A stretch of DNA of 64,000 bases from a virus. Shown here piece after piece: positions 28,758-37,864 of the stretch. Position numbers and translations under genes: made by a program. The stretch is from positions 1 through 64,000 of IMG/VR virus record IMGVR_UViG_3300030329_005082; one strand, given 5' to 3'. Position 1 is the first letter of the stretch. Each line of letters opens with the position of its first letter. Under the pieces are notes generated by a model. The model saw only the letters and a program-made list of their open reading frames with translations. It searched no databases and had not been told where the DNA came from.

Positions 28758-28958
28758 TTATTTTGCCTTCTCAATGTATCTTATTGGGTATTGTTTTGAG
28801 ACTTGTGTTCCGAACATAACATCAACCACTGTTTCTTCGGAGGAGAGGTATTCGTCCTGCACCCAATAATTACCCTTTACGATGATCCCCACCTTATTGC
28901 GGGTCCGATCAGCAACTAGGTCTCCTACCCTATATTCTACCCAATCTGGATTCATCAA
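28758..28958 (-). CDS. Small KOW/SH3-like protein
   Basis: YRVGDLVADR...VGIIV. Confidence 0.6.
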   Translation of the reverse strand: MMNPDWVEYRVGDLVADRTRNKVGIIVKGNYWVQDEYLSSEETVVDVMFGTQVSKQYPIRYIEKAK

Positions 28959-29152
28959 TACATCCTCGTGGTCAGGTGGCTTCTGTGAATGTGGACGGTA
29001 TTGCCATCAGGCTTCAACACTTTCCAATAACTTTTGTTTAGCTCTTCAATCAAAACCAGCGGGGTCTTGTGCTCTGCGTGCCAGATAAACCAATTGGCTG
29101 ACATATGGTCAATAGAGGTTTTGCGAATGCGAACCAAATCACCCGGCTTCAC
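28955..29152 (-). CDS. Small KOW/SH3-like protein
   Basis: MKPGDLVRIR. Confidence 0.6.
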   Translation of the reverse strand: MKPGDLVRIRKTSIDHMSANWFIWHAEHKTPLVLIEELNKSYWKVLKPDGNTVHIHRSHLTTRMY

Positions 29153-29315
29153 TTATCACCTCCACCAACTTGCTATCCCGCCGTACCCGCTGGGGACCCA
29201 TCCTCACACACTCCACCCACATAACCTCTGGGTCCTCTTTATCATAGCGGGAAATATAACCAGTATCCATGACCACCCCATGGGCTTTGAACTGGACTAG
29301 GGTTCCGAGTTTCAT
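29139..29315 (-). CDS. Small KOW/SH3-like protein (58 aa, not in track)
   Basis: MKLGTLVQFKAHGVVMDTGYISRY...WVEC. Confidence 0.55.
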   Translation of the reverse strand: MKLGTLVQFKAHGVVMDTGYISRYDKEDPEVMWVECVRMGPQRVRRDSKLVEVISEAG

Positions 29316-29554
29316 GATAAAATCTCCGCTTGGTCATCAAATATCATAACGCCATCGTCGTACATCTCAAGGTCTCTAAGAGCCTCAAAACGGACAATGG
29401 ATGGATAGACCCTTGTCCCATCTATTACTCTATGAGCTAGGTCATACTTTTCTTTGACCACCAGTCCGATTTCTCCCACAAGGCGGCATCGGATGCCCGG
29501 TGCGAAAGTAACCAGACCAGACTCATTTACTTTGATGATTTGCCCTAGTTTCAT
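29312..29554 (-). CDS. Small KOW/SH3-like protein
   Basis: MKLGQIIKV...IGLVV. Confidence 0.55.
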   Translation of the reverse strand: MKLGQIIKVNESGLVTFAPGIRCRLVGEIGLVVKEKYDLAHRVIDGTRVYPSIVRFEALRDLEMYDDGVMIFDDQAEILS

Positions 29555-29796
29555 GAGACCTGCTCCAAGTTACAAACATAATCTACGAAAGAGGGCGTGC
29601 CGTCAAAAGGCTCACACAGATAGAAGATGTGTTCCTCGGCTCCCTCATAATCTCGGTCAAACGAGCAAGCGGGCGACACGCTGACAACCAAAGCAAGTTT
29701 GCCAACCACATCTTCGTGACTGCTCTTGACCAGCATACCTGGCTGGATACGGCAGCGTTTCTGGATTGCCTTGTGAAGTTCTTTACCTTGCAGCAT
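29551..29796 (-). CDS. Small KOW/SH3-like protein
   Basis: IQPGMLVKS...LALVV; own promoter. Confidence 0.6.
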   Translation of the reverse strand: MLQGKELHKAIQKRCRIQPGMLVKSSHEDVVGKLALVVSVSPACSFDRDYEGAEEHIFYLCEPFDGTPSFVDYVCNLEQVS

Positions 29797-29815
29797 AACT
29801 CTCCCTTACAACATT

Positions 29816-29843
29816 ATATTACCATAGCCAGATTGAGAGTCAA
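29816..29843 (-). promoter_or_regulatory. sigma70-type early promoter TTGACT-N16-TAATAT
   Basis: TTGACTCTCAATCTGGCTATGGTAATATAATGTTGTAAGGGAGAG. Confidence 0.85.
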
Positions 29844-29859
29844 GCTTTTTAAAATATAT

Positions 29860-30078
29860 TTATATTTTTTCTGCCTTTGAAATGAGGGTAATCTTGTCAC
29901 TTCCAATCCAATATTCTGCGTGGGGTGTTCGCACCAAAAACTTATTGTCGGCGGTGAAAACAAAACGCTGCTTAATAACAATGCCGGCAAGCTTTGTCTC
30001 GGCAATATATTCTTCGGTTGCTCGTTTTGCCGTGAACTCCACAAGGTCACCAAGCTGATACCTAAACGGGCTGCTCAT
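29860..30078 (-). CDS. Small KOW/SH3-like protein
   Basis: YQLGDLVEF...AGIVI. Confidence 0.6.
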   Translation of the reverse strand: MSSPFRYQLGDLVEFTAKRATEEYIAETKLAGIVIKQRFVFTADNKFLVRTPHAEYWIGSDKITLISKAEKI

Positions 30079-30283
30079 CGGTTACCAACTTCAAATGATG
30101 GACAGAATAATATTCTTCCAGTTCGTAGCCAAGCCAACTAACTTTTACACAGGTTGTCCCGTGGTTTTTGACTTCTGGGTAAGACAGGACAAGTCCAAGT
30201 TGACGACCGTGCCTCTCTTTGATGTGAGCGGCTTCGTTGACACTCCAGTTGGGCTCAACTAAATCACCTGGCTTAAGATTCAC
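30062..30283 (-). CDS. Small KOW/SH3-like protein
   Basis: LKPGDLVEP...LGLVL...VKVSW; GTG start. Confidence 0.6.
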   Translation of the reverse strand: MNLKPGDLVEPNWSVNEAAHIKERHGRQLGLVLSYPEVKNHGTTCVKVSWLGYELEEYYSVHHLKLVTDEQPV

Positions 30284-30467
30284 TGAGTACCTCCAAGTAG
30301 TGTGAACTCCACTCTTTCCGAGTCTCAGTTTTCGGGTGAATGACAGTGACAACCTGCTCTTCCTCGTGGGGATCGTTGGGATAACGAGTACGAACCCCAA
30401 GAACAATGGCATAGCCGTGATGATAGGCAAATCCTTTTTTCACTGCCACTAAATCACCGGGCTTCAT
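30273..30467 (-). CDS. Small KOW/SH3-like protein
   Basis: MKPGDLVAVK...YAIVL. Confidence 0.6.
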   Translation of the reverse strand: MKPGDLVAVKKGFAYHHGYAIVLGVRTRYPNDPHEEEQVVTVIHPKTETRKEWSSHYLEVLSES

Positions 30468-30627
30468 TGATTATCTCCAGCGAAGTAATAGGATGAGAAA
30501 AGGTGCCGTAGTCGGCAGACCACTGGACCTTAATAACGGCTCCGTCTACATTGACCACAAGTCCGAGTTGCTGACGTTTCCAGCCCATCCACCCTTGTTG
30601 TCGTTTTACTAAATTACCGACTTTCAC
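30454..30627 (-). CDS. Small KOW/SH3-like protein (57 aa, not in track)
   Basis: VKVGNLVKR...LGLVV...IKVQW. Confidence 0.55.
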   Translation of the reverse strand: MKVGNLVKRQQGWMGWKRQQLGLVVNVDGAVIKVQWSADYGTFSHPITSLEIINEAR

Positions 30628-30850
30628 TCAACACCTCCTTGACTCGCCAAGAACTACAACTGCCATTGCTGTCGTCATCAGTGTATCGCAACTTAACATG
30701 GGGATACATTGAATCGTCGTGTCGGAACTCGACCTCCGTAAGAATAGCCATATGGTCCGACTTCATCATAACAAGATCGCCAACCTTTAGGCTCTTGCGC
30801 CAGTCATTATTCACCGATAATCTCCATCGGGCGGAGGATAGCAACATCAC
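30614..30850 (-). CDS. Small KOW/SH3-like protein
   Basis: LKVGDLVMMK. Confidence 0.5.
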   Translation of the reverse strand: MMLLSSARWRLSVNNDWRKSLKVGDLVMMKSDHMAILTEVEFRHDDSMYPHVKLRYTDDDSNGSCSSWRVKEVLSESR

Positions 30851-31115
30851 GTCGCTTTTTCCCTAGCTTGGGGAAGTGAGTAAACCCTTGGGGGATCTCT
30901 AAGTTTTTCCCCCATTTGGGATCTTTGCGGGCTTGAGACTTTGATTTGAAGATGCCCACCTGAACCAGTACATCCAACATGGTGGCTGTCTCGGGCAATA
31001 CGGTTACATCTTCTGCTGGGCACTGAAAGAACAATTCATGCTCATCCCCAACCCGAAAGTCGTTATCTACAATAAAGCAGAACTCGTTATCTTCTAGCTG
31101 CTTGATGTTAGACAT
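30807..31115 (-). CDS. Stand-alone S4-like RNA-binding domain (resembles TyrRS C-terminal domain)
   Basis: MLDVLVQVGIFKSKSQARK...LGKKRR; start MSNIKQ after GGAGAG SD. Confidence 0.55.
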   Translation of the reverse strand: MSNIKQLEDNEFCFIVDNDFRVGDEHELFFQCPAEDVTVLPETATMLDVLVQVGIFKSKSQARKDPKWGKNLEIPQGFTHFPKLGKKRRDVAILRPMEIIGE

Positions 31116-31133
31116 GGCTCTCTCCACACTATT

Positions 31134-31161
31134 ATAATAGCATAGATGATTTCATTGTCAA
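31134..31161 (-). promoter_or_regulatory. sigma70-type early promoter TTGACA-N16-TATTAT
   Basis: TTGACAATGAAATCATCTATGCTATTATAATAGTGTGGAGAG. Confidence 0.85.
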
Positions 31162-31179
31162 GAAAACGATGTTATTTAT

Positions 31180-31662
31180 TTACCAGGGCTGACTGCGGCT
31201 CATGGCGTACTTGTTTTTTTCCCACTCAGCTCGTTGGCGCGCCTTTTCTTCCTCGTGAGAAGACCTAACTCTGTCCTCGGTGTATTTATTTTGGCGGTCT
31301 CTCACTTGTGCCACCACGGCTTGCCCCTCTTCACTCCGCACCCACTTCTCCAATGCGGGGTTATCATCTCTCATCTTTTCTGTTTCTTTGTTTAGCTGGG
31401 TGTACTTGTATTTTAGGTTGTTATCGTCCGTGCCGAAGCGCCTCATGAAGGCGTATTCGGCAGCGAGCAGGGCCGCTTCGGTCGCTTTCTCAACAAACTC
31501 CTCTTTTAGTTCTTCGAACTGTTGTCGCTTGGCGCTCCTTTGGCGGTGCTTTTGTTGGCGGCGCTTGTTCTTGTTCTTTTTTTCACCAAGAAATTCAGAC
31601 CCAGAACCAGCGAGGATCTCTTCTTTGATAAGTTGCCTAAGAATATCTTTTGTGAGTCTCAT
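31180..31662 (-). CDS. Late protein with LRQLIKEE motif (candidate internal head protein)
   Basis: MRLTKDILRQLIKEE, basic patch; ACTATATA upstream. Confidence 0.55.
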   Translation of the reverse strand: MRLTKDILRQLIKEEILAGSGSEFLGEKKNKNKRRQQKHRQRSAKRQQFEELKEEFVEKATEAALLAAEYAFMRRFGTDDNNLKYKYTQLNKETEKMRDDNPALEKWVRSEEGQAVVAQVRDRQNKYTEDRVRSSHEEEKARQRAEWEKNKYAMSRSQPW

Positions 31663-31699
31663 TTGTTGCTCCCCTTCGCTATAACTATATAGTTCTGCT

Positions 31700-31957
31700 T
31701 TATGCTTTGGGAAAGAGAGCATTCCAAAATCTGGAAAAAATGGAAGAGGATTTTTTCGGAGCAAGTTGGTTTTTGGTAACTTCTTCCTGACAGGAAAAGT
31801 AGTGCTGCTCTCGGTACTGCCGAAGCAGCCTCTCATCACTTAGAACCCACTTGCGTAGGCAGTCCCACTCCAACAACTCCTGCGGGGTGCGGAAAGGTTG
31901 CGACTCTAAGATGGCAAGTCGTCGTAAAGCAGTGGCTACTTTTATCTCCTCTAACAA
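31700..31957 (-). CDS. Hypothetical protein
   Basis: 85 aa, TTG start. Confidence 0.45.
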   Translation of the reverse strand: MLEEIKVATALRRLAILESQPFRTPQELLEWDCLRKWVLSDERLLRQYREQHYFSCQEEVTKNQLAPKKSSSIFSRFWNALFPKA

Positions 31958-32033
31958 AAGTATATTACTCCTTTGACAGAAGTCAGTTAGATAATAGTAA
32001 CCATTCCTTTCTTATAATAAATATTACTTGCCA

Positions 32034-33293
32034 TCAGCTATTTGCCCTATCTATTACTTTTTGAAGCCTTCGGGTACCCTCTTTTATTGTCTCAATGTCC
32101 GGTCCATATGAGAACCTCAGATGCTGGTCAAAGCGTGAAGAAGTCTTCCCTCTTCGTTTTCCAGGGTTCACGTCAAAGAACTCCCCCGGAACAACAATGA
32201 CCTTTTCCTGAAGGGCTGCTCGGAAGAATTTCATGCCCGTATTTAACCCTTCTGGTAATGCGGATACATTTCCCCAAGCATAGAAAGCTCCGTCCGGCTC
32301 ACGCTCAAAAGTTATACCAAGCTTCTGGAGTCCGTCCAGCATTATTCTTCTTTTTTCGCGAAAAGTAGACTTGAGTGCTTGGGTCTCTTGCTTCATCTTG
32401 GCTGGATCTAGCAGAGGAATCACGGCACGCTGGGCTGGACGGCAAGCACCGCCGTCAAGGAAACTCCCCGCACTGGTCACGCTCTCAATGACATGTTCGG
32501 GTCCGACGATCCAAGCAATGCGCCAGCCGGGGTACCGCCAGTTCTTAGTTGTTCCGTCAAGTATTACTACTGGATCTTTATTTACGTCTTCAATATATTT
32601 TGCTGCGCTCAAAGTCTCATCTAGTCGGACACCAGAATACACATAAGAACTGTAGAACTCATCCATGAGCATATAACAGTCAAAGTCGCGACCAGTCTGT
32701 ACCCACTCCTTTAGTGCGGCACCCTTAATGGTTTTTCCAGTGGGATTGCATGGGTTAGAAACCAGCACGGCTCCCAGCCCCCGACCTTGCACCTCTCGCC
32801 TGAGATCTTCTGTCGTAAAAGCATAACCCTTTTCGGGGTCAAGTAGAATCGGGATGGGGTTGAAACGGTTGAAGGTTGATAACAACTCTTCATAAGCAGT
32901 GTAGTCTGGTACAAAATGCCCAAGATTAATATTTCCCAGAGATGCTGCCAGCCTGGCGAGGGCTAGCCTGCCGCCAGCAACAACCGAAACATTGGTCACA
33001 CCGTACTTTGATTTCTTGTCTTTCCGGAAAGTCTCATTATAATAATTCGCGATCGCCTCTCGCAGTTGCGGCATTCCGGATACAGGAGCATACTCATTAT
33101 CAGCATCCATCACGGGAATATTTTCAAGCCTTTCTATGCCGCCTTCTAGAAAACCTGTCTCTGGTTGTCCTTGTCCAAAGTTAACCCACTCAGGGTTTCC
33201 CCTGAAGAATCCCAGGGCTGCTGCCTCTTGGACTACATAAACAACTCCCGTGCGGGGTACCTGCCTGAATGTTTCGTTGGTTATTACTGTCAT
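32034..33293 (-). CDS. PLP-dependent aminotransferase class I/II
   Basis: NFGQGQPE, YAPVSG, SNPCNPTG, MDEFY, DGTTKNWRYPGWRIAW (PLP Lys), GAFY, LRFSY. Confidence 0.93.
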   Translation of the reverse strand: MTVITNETFRQVPRTGVVYVVQEAAALGFFRGNPEWVNFGQGQPETGFLEGGIERLENIPVMDADNEYAPVSGMPQLREAIANYYNETFRKDKKSKYGVTNVSVVAGGRLALARLAASLGNINLGHFVPDYTAYEELLSTFNRFNPIPILLDPEKGYAFTTEDLRREVQGRGLGAVLVSNPCNPTGKTIKGAALKEWVQTGRDFDCYMLMDEFYSSYVYSGVRLDETLSAAKYIEDVNKDPVVILDGTTKNWRYPGWRIAWIVGPEHVIESVTSAGSFLDGGACRPAQRAVIPLLDPAKMKQETQALKSTFREKRRIMLDGLQKLGITFEREPDGAFYAWGNVSALPEGLNTGMKFFRAALQEKVIVVPGEFFDVNPGKRRGKTSSRFDQHLRFSYGPDIETIKEGTRRLQKVIDRANS

Positions 33294-33847
33294 CTGTCTC
33301 CGGTTGAGCCAAGTGTTCCGGTGCCTCGGCTAGTCTCCTTATCATAAATATGATCGGATTCCACTAGATCTACATTTGTTGTAATCTTGACGAACACGGC
33401 TTGGGCGATCTTATCACCAGCGTGGAGGGTCTGTGTTCGGTCGCTTGGGTTGTGAAGGTTCACAAAGATTTCTCCTGTGTATCCTCGGTCAACAACGCAG
33501 GCTCCCACGACCAGACCTCGCTTGGAAGCGATGCCAGACTTGTTCTTGATTTCCAGCATGTATCCCTCTGGGACTTCAATCTTTAAGCCAGTTGGGAAGA
33601 GTGATGAGCCGTGAGGCAAGACGCTCTCAATCTGCTTTGGGATGTCGTCCCGTGGCGGGGGGCAGAAAAACAAATCCATGCCGGCATCTGTTGGGTGTGC
33701 TCGCACAGGTAGTTTAGCATTCTCGTGAAGTCGTTGGACTCTTACTTTCATTTTGTTTCCTTCTCGGTCGGCGCAGGCTGGTTTCAAATCACACCCGCAG
33801 TCATAACATTCATCTGCAACATTGAATAAATTTCTTTGATCAATCAT
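33290..33847 (-). CDS. dut: Trimeric dUTPase (alternative start 33751)
   Basis: AGMDL, KSGIA, VVDRGYTGEI, IAQAVF, RGTGTLGSTG. Confidence 0.95.
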   Translation of the reverse strand: MIDQRNLFNVADECYDCGCDLKPACADREGNKMKVRVQRLHENAKLPVRAHPTDAGMDLFFCPPPRDDIPKQIESVLPHGSSLFPTGLKIEVPEGYMLEIKNKSGIASKRGLVVGACVVDRGYTGEIFVNLHNPSDRTQTLHAGDKIAQAVFVKITTNVDLVESDHIYDKETSRGTGTLGSTGDR

Positions 33848-34158
33848 CTTGGTTCCAATCCTCTTTGGTGAATTCTTTTTGTTCCGGATTTAAATCTAAC
33901 AATACAAAACTCACCATCAATATTGACAACAATTCCCTCGTGATCAATAATAGACAGGAGTTCCCACACATTGCAATGGACAGGTTGCCCAATAACAAAC
34001 CTATTTGGCGACACTAAGTGCTCCTTATGAACATAGTGCAAGTTTTTGCCAATTAGAAAAAGTCGGACATCTGGTGCGCCGGGACAAGACCCAACATCAA
34101 ATCCCTCCATTCCCCCAATAATGCCATAACCTTCTCTTACTCTCTTTTTGTCTCTCAT
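33844..34158 (-). CDS. Hypothetical protein
   Basis: 104-aa ORF. Confidence 0.55.
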   Translation of the reverse strand: MRDKKRVREGYGIIGGMEGFDVGSCPGAPDVRLFLIGKNLHYVHKEHLVSPNRFVIGQPVHCNVWELLSIIDHEGIVVNIDGEFCIVRFKSGTKRIHQRGLEPR

Positions 34159-34165
34159 TCTCTCG

Positions 34166-34363
34166 CTAGAAATGCCGCTTTAGTGTTTCAATGTTTTCCT
34201 CAGCCTCTGCAAGAACCGTTGTCCACTTCAAAATCTCTTCAAGGAGATTAGAGTGTTCTCCGATACCAGCCGAGTTATTAAGGTAGACGTCCAACACAGC
34301 CAAAGCTTCATCTTTTTTTGCCTCATAGTGAGAAAAGGCAGCTTGTAGTAATTTTTCACTCAT
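34166..34363 (-). CDS. Small helical hypothetical protein
   Basis: LDVYLNNSAGIGEHSNLLEE; ATGA overlap with dnaE stop. Confidence 0.6.
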   Translation of the reverse strand: MSEKLLQAAFSHYEAKKDEALAVLDVYLNNSAGIGEHSNLLEEILKWTTVLAEAEENIETLKRHF

Positions 34364-37300
34364 GTCAATCTCCTGAATGTTCTGCGAAGAGAGCGGGTGC
34401 TGAATCCCCACTTCTCGTTATATTCTAAGTTAGCAATGTACACTTTGTTAAGGGAAATCTTATCATCTTCTCTTACACCCCAGCAGCGGATGCGAGCATC
34501 AAAGGCGTTGCTGTCGGTGGTGTGAATGACCCAGTATTCCTTGCCGTTCTTTGTCTTCTTTACTTTTACTTCCCTTGGAATGAACCAGACCAGTTGGAGG
34601 TCAGGATCGTACTCGCTGATGGGCGGGCAGCCACGGGTCATCAGGTTGTCTTGGATTTCCTGTGGCATAATCTCATGGATGGGAAAGATGCCCGTGAGAG
34701 ATGCGAAGTGTTCCAACTTCTCTTCCTCGGAGAAATCACCCTCTGGTGCGTAGACATCAATATTTTCCAGCAGGTTCTTTTCCTTGCGTGGCCTGTCTAC
34801 GGCAACGGCAGACCAGAAGTGTTTCAGTCCGGTGAACCTGTCGTCCATCAACTCGTCAAGGGCTTTGCTCCTGACCAGAACATCCAGCGCCTTCTTGTTC
34901 AGTTTGGAGTATGTGATGTTCTCGTTGAACAGGAACTCCTCAATACTGTTGAACGGTCGGTTGGCTACAATCTGGTCAATGGCACTATCGCCCAGACCCT
35001 TGATGCCTGCGAGCGGCTGAATCAAAGTCTTGCCGTCCTCGGCAATCTCCCAGACTCGTCCTGACTTGTTGACGCTTGGCGGGACAATCTCAAACCCAAA
35101 GGACTTGGCTGTGTTGATTGCTCCTGCCTTCTTATCTTCTGGCTCCTTGTCCAAGAACGCCGCCATCCATTCAACGGGATAGTAGTAACTCAACCAAGCA
35201 CATTGGAAGGACACCGCACCGTAGGATACAGCGTGCGATAAGTTGAAGCCGTAGCCTGAAAAGAACTCCATCTTGGACCAGAGGTTCTTGGCTACATCTT
35301 CGGACAGTCCGTGCTTGCCGCAGCCCTTGACAAACTTTTTATATAATTTGTCCTTGACTTTATCTTTTCCTGTTCCCTTTTTCGTTAGGACTTTGCGGAG
35401 CAGGTTGCCCTCGTCCAGGGAGATGTTGTCGCCCAACTTGTGAGCGAGCATAGCCAACTGCTCTTGGAAGACCAACAAGCCGTATGTATCTCCGAGAACT
35501 TCTTTGATGATTGGGTGCTCGTAGTGTACTTGGCTAGGGTTAGACTTGTTCGCAACATACAGACTGTGAGCCTTGGCGCTAAGTGGCCCAGGGCGGAAGA
35601 TAGCCGTGACCGCAGCGAAGTCTAACAGGGATGTGGGCTGGGCTTCTTGGCAGAACCGCTGGGCTCCGCCGTTGGTCATCTGGAAGATGCCTGCCCACTT
35701 GCCTTTGTGGAATACCTCTCGCCAGACTTCCTGATTGTCAAAGTCAATAACATCTGGGTGGAGGTGTGTATTATAATAATCTCTTACCTGTTCAAATGTC
35801 GGCTCCTCAATTCCTTGATGGCGTTTGAGGATGTGGCGGATTGCTCCCGAAATCATACGGAGAGTGGATAGACCGAGCAGGTCAAACTTGATAAAGCCGA
35901 GCGGCTCCAAGTGCCTGACGTTCTGTCCCTCACTCCACGGTGTCTGGATGACACCTCCCGAGTTGATGAGCGGCATGTGTTTGTCTAGGTCTTCTGCTAC
36001 AACAACCCCGCCAGCGTGCCGAGAAATACTACGCATGTTGCCGAAAAGATTATCAACGTGCGTAGCGACATCGGGGTACTTGTGGAAGAAGTCTTGAAGC
36101 GTTTCACTATATTCTTTTACCTCGTCAAACGTGGGAGTGTAGACACCAGCGGTCTGACCCCTAGCCTTCTTAGCAAGAGGGATAGCCTCATTCATCATAA
36201 CACTAGTGACTTTGTTGACCTCAGTGAATGGGATATTATAGAACTTGCCAATGTCTTTGATAAGCGAGCGGAGTTGGAGCGTGTTGAAGTTGCTGATGGG
36301 AACCACAGTGGTCTTGCCCCACTCCTCTGCTAGCTGCTCCTTTAGGAGCATAGGCTCCTCAACATCAAAGTCAATGTCCGGATAGCCGGTGCCGCCCTTT
36401 GTCAAGAACCTCTCAAACTGAAGAGCGTATTTGATTGGGTCCACCTGCGTGATGTCTAGGACATACGACAGAAGTGAGCCAGCGGCTGAACCTCGTCCAA
36501 GTCCGACCAGCATTTCCTCTTGGGCTTTGTCCGAGATGGCTTTCATCGTCAAGAAGTATTGAGCGAACCCACGCTCCTTGATGATGTTGAGTTCGCCTTT
36601 GAGTCGCTGGACGTATTCTTCATCTTTGTCTAGGTTTTTGTCTTTCATTCCCTGCAAAGCATCAGCCGTCAGAGCTTGGATAGCTGTCTTGCCCTCTGGC
36701 ACCACAAACTCTGGCAGCCGTACCTCACTGTTGGGCAGGAAATCCTCGCAGCGATCAAAGGCGATGTGATGAGTGCGCTCAATTGTGTCACGAACAAATG
36801 TCTCATCGTAGTCAATATTATGCTTGGCCGAGTACTTCTTGTAGGACTCCCACATCTGATCGCCATTCTTTGGATACAACTCATAACCAACCTCGTCTAC
36901 CGAAGCTGGGAGTAAGCTATCGGGATCAGCCCATTCGGGAACTTTGCCTGCCCAGCCGATACGCTTGTACATCTCTCGGTCTTTCCACAAGTCAGGTCGT
37001 GGGTAGTGACTGTCCGCTGTGCTAATGACCTCAACACCCATCTCCATACAGGCTTGGATGATAAGGTTATTGCCCTCGTGCTGTTCTCTAATATCGTTCC
37101 ACTGGACTTCGCCATAGAACCTGTCGCCAAAGATCTCCTTGAACTGAGCGATGGTATCACGCATGGCTGCGAGCACGTGGTCAGCACTCTTGTCCCTGTT
37201 CTTCCAAAAGTCTTCAAACAGTGGGCCAGACATACAGGCGCTGCTGATGATCAGCCCCTCGTTGTACTTGTCCAGCATCTCAAAGTCCATGCGGGGATAA

Positions 37301-37773
37301 CGATAGAAGTTTTCAGGCTGGTAACTATCCGACACCAGTTTGAATAAGTTGTTTAAACCTGTCTGGTTCTGAGCAATCATCACGAGGTGACGACGCTCAT
37401 TAAGCGGGTTGCGCTTCTTTTGGCGGTCCTCATCCTCAATGACCATTCCGTATTCTTCTTTTTTCTGCCGCTTGGAATTGGCTTTATGCTCCTCGTACAT
37501 CTGTCGCCACTTCTTGTGGGAGCGGATGAAGTAGGATTCGCAGCCATACAGGGCTCGGAAGTCTTTGCCGTCGGCTCGCATCTTTTTGAGATGTTCCACC
37601 TGAAACGACAATCCGTTCATGTGCCCATGATCTGTGAGAGCGTGGGCGTTCATCCCGTTCTCGTAGGCGAAGTCCATATGCTCGCCAGGCATACCCAAGC
37701 CATCAAAGGGCGAGAGTCCGGAGTGGGCGTGCAGTCCCACAAATGGGATCTTACTTTCAATACGGTCAGTCAT
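34360..37773 (-). CDS. dnaE: DNA polymerase III alpha subunit (family C) with PHP domain
   Basis: LHAHS, ALTDHG, TADSHY, GRGSAAGSL, PDIDFD, RHAGGVV, KFDLLGL, FSGYGFNLSHA; no intein. Confidence 0.97.
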   Translation of the reverse strand: MTDRIESKIPFVGLHAHSGLSPFDGLGMPGEHMDFAYENGMNAHALTDHGHMNGLSFQVEHLKKMRADGKDFRALYGCESYFIRSHKKWRQMYEEHKANSKRQKKEEYGMVIEDEDRQKKRNPLNERRHLVMIAQNQTGLNNLFKLVSDSYQPENFYRYPRMDFEMLDKYNEGLIISSACMSGPLFEDFWKNRDKSADHVLAAMRDTIAQFKEIFGDRFYGEVQWNDIREQHEGNNLIIQACMEMGVEVISTADSHYPRPDLWKDREMYKRIGWAGKVPEWADPDSLLPASVDEVGYELYPKNGDQMWESYKKYSAKHNIDYDETFVRDTIERTHHIAFDRCEDFLPNSEVRLPEFVVPEGKTAIQALTADALQGMKDKNLDKDEEYVQRLKGELNIIKERGFAQYFLTMKAISDKAQEEMLVGLGRGSAAGSLLSYVLDITQVDPIKYALQFERFLTKGGTGYPDIDFDVEEPMLLKEQLAEEWGKTTVVPISNFNTLQLRSLIKDIGKFYNIPFTEVNKVTSVMMNEAIPLAKKARGQTAGVYTPTFDEVKEYSETLQDFFHKYPDVATHVDNLFGNMRSISRHAGGVVVAEDLDKHMPLINSGGVIQTPWSEGQNVRHLEPLGFIKFDLLGLSTLRMISGAIRHILKRHQGIEEPTFEQVRDYYNTHLHPDVIDFDNQEVWREVFHKGKWAGIFQMTNGGAQRFCQEAQPTSLLDFAAVTAIFRPGPLSAKAHSLYVANKSNPSQVHYEHPIIKEVLGDTYGLLVFQEQLAMLAHKLGDNISLDEGNLLRKVLTKKGTGKDKVKDKLYKKFVKGCGKHGLSEDVAKNLWSKMEFFSGYGFNLSHAVSYGAVSFQCAWLSYYYPVEWMAAFLDKEPEDKKAGAINTAKSFGFEIVPPSVNKSGRVWEIAEDGKTLIQPLAGIKGLGDSAIDQIVANRPFNSIEEFLFNENITYSKLNKKALDVLVRSKALDELMDDRFTGLKHFWSAVAVDRPRKEKNLLENIDVYAPEGDFSEEEKLEHFASLTGIFPIHEIMPQEIQDNLMTRGCPPISEYDPDLQLVWFIPREVKVKKTKNGKEYWVIHTTDSNAFDARIRCWGVREDDKISLNKVYIANLEYNEKWGFSTRSLRRTFRRLT

Positions 37774-37801
37774 TGACTACCTTTCTATTTGGTGTGTATC
37801 T

Positions 37802-37829
37802 AGTGTACCAGAAAATATGAATTATTCAA
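37802..37829 (-). promoter_or_regulatory. sigma70-type promoter TTGAAT-N16-TACACT for dnaE
   Basis: TTGAATAATTCATATTTTCTGGTACACT. Confidence 0.7.
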
Positions 37830-37832
37830 GTT

Positions 37833-37864
37833 AAAAAAATGAGCGGGGCACCAACTCCCCGCTC
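37833..37864 (-). terminator. Intrinsic terminator upstream of dnaE promoter
   Basis: GAGCGGGG-N8-CCCCGCTC followed by ATTTTTTT. Confidence 0.8.

Noticed and set aside
27781-31127. CRISPR array or DGR/tandem DNA repeat explaining the small-gene cluster
   Set aside because: Similarity is at the protein-motif level only; no direct nucleotide repeats with regular spacers and no reverse transcriptase.
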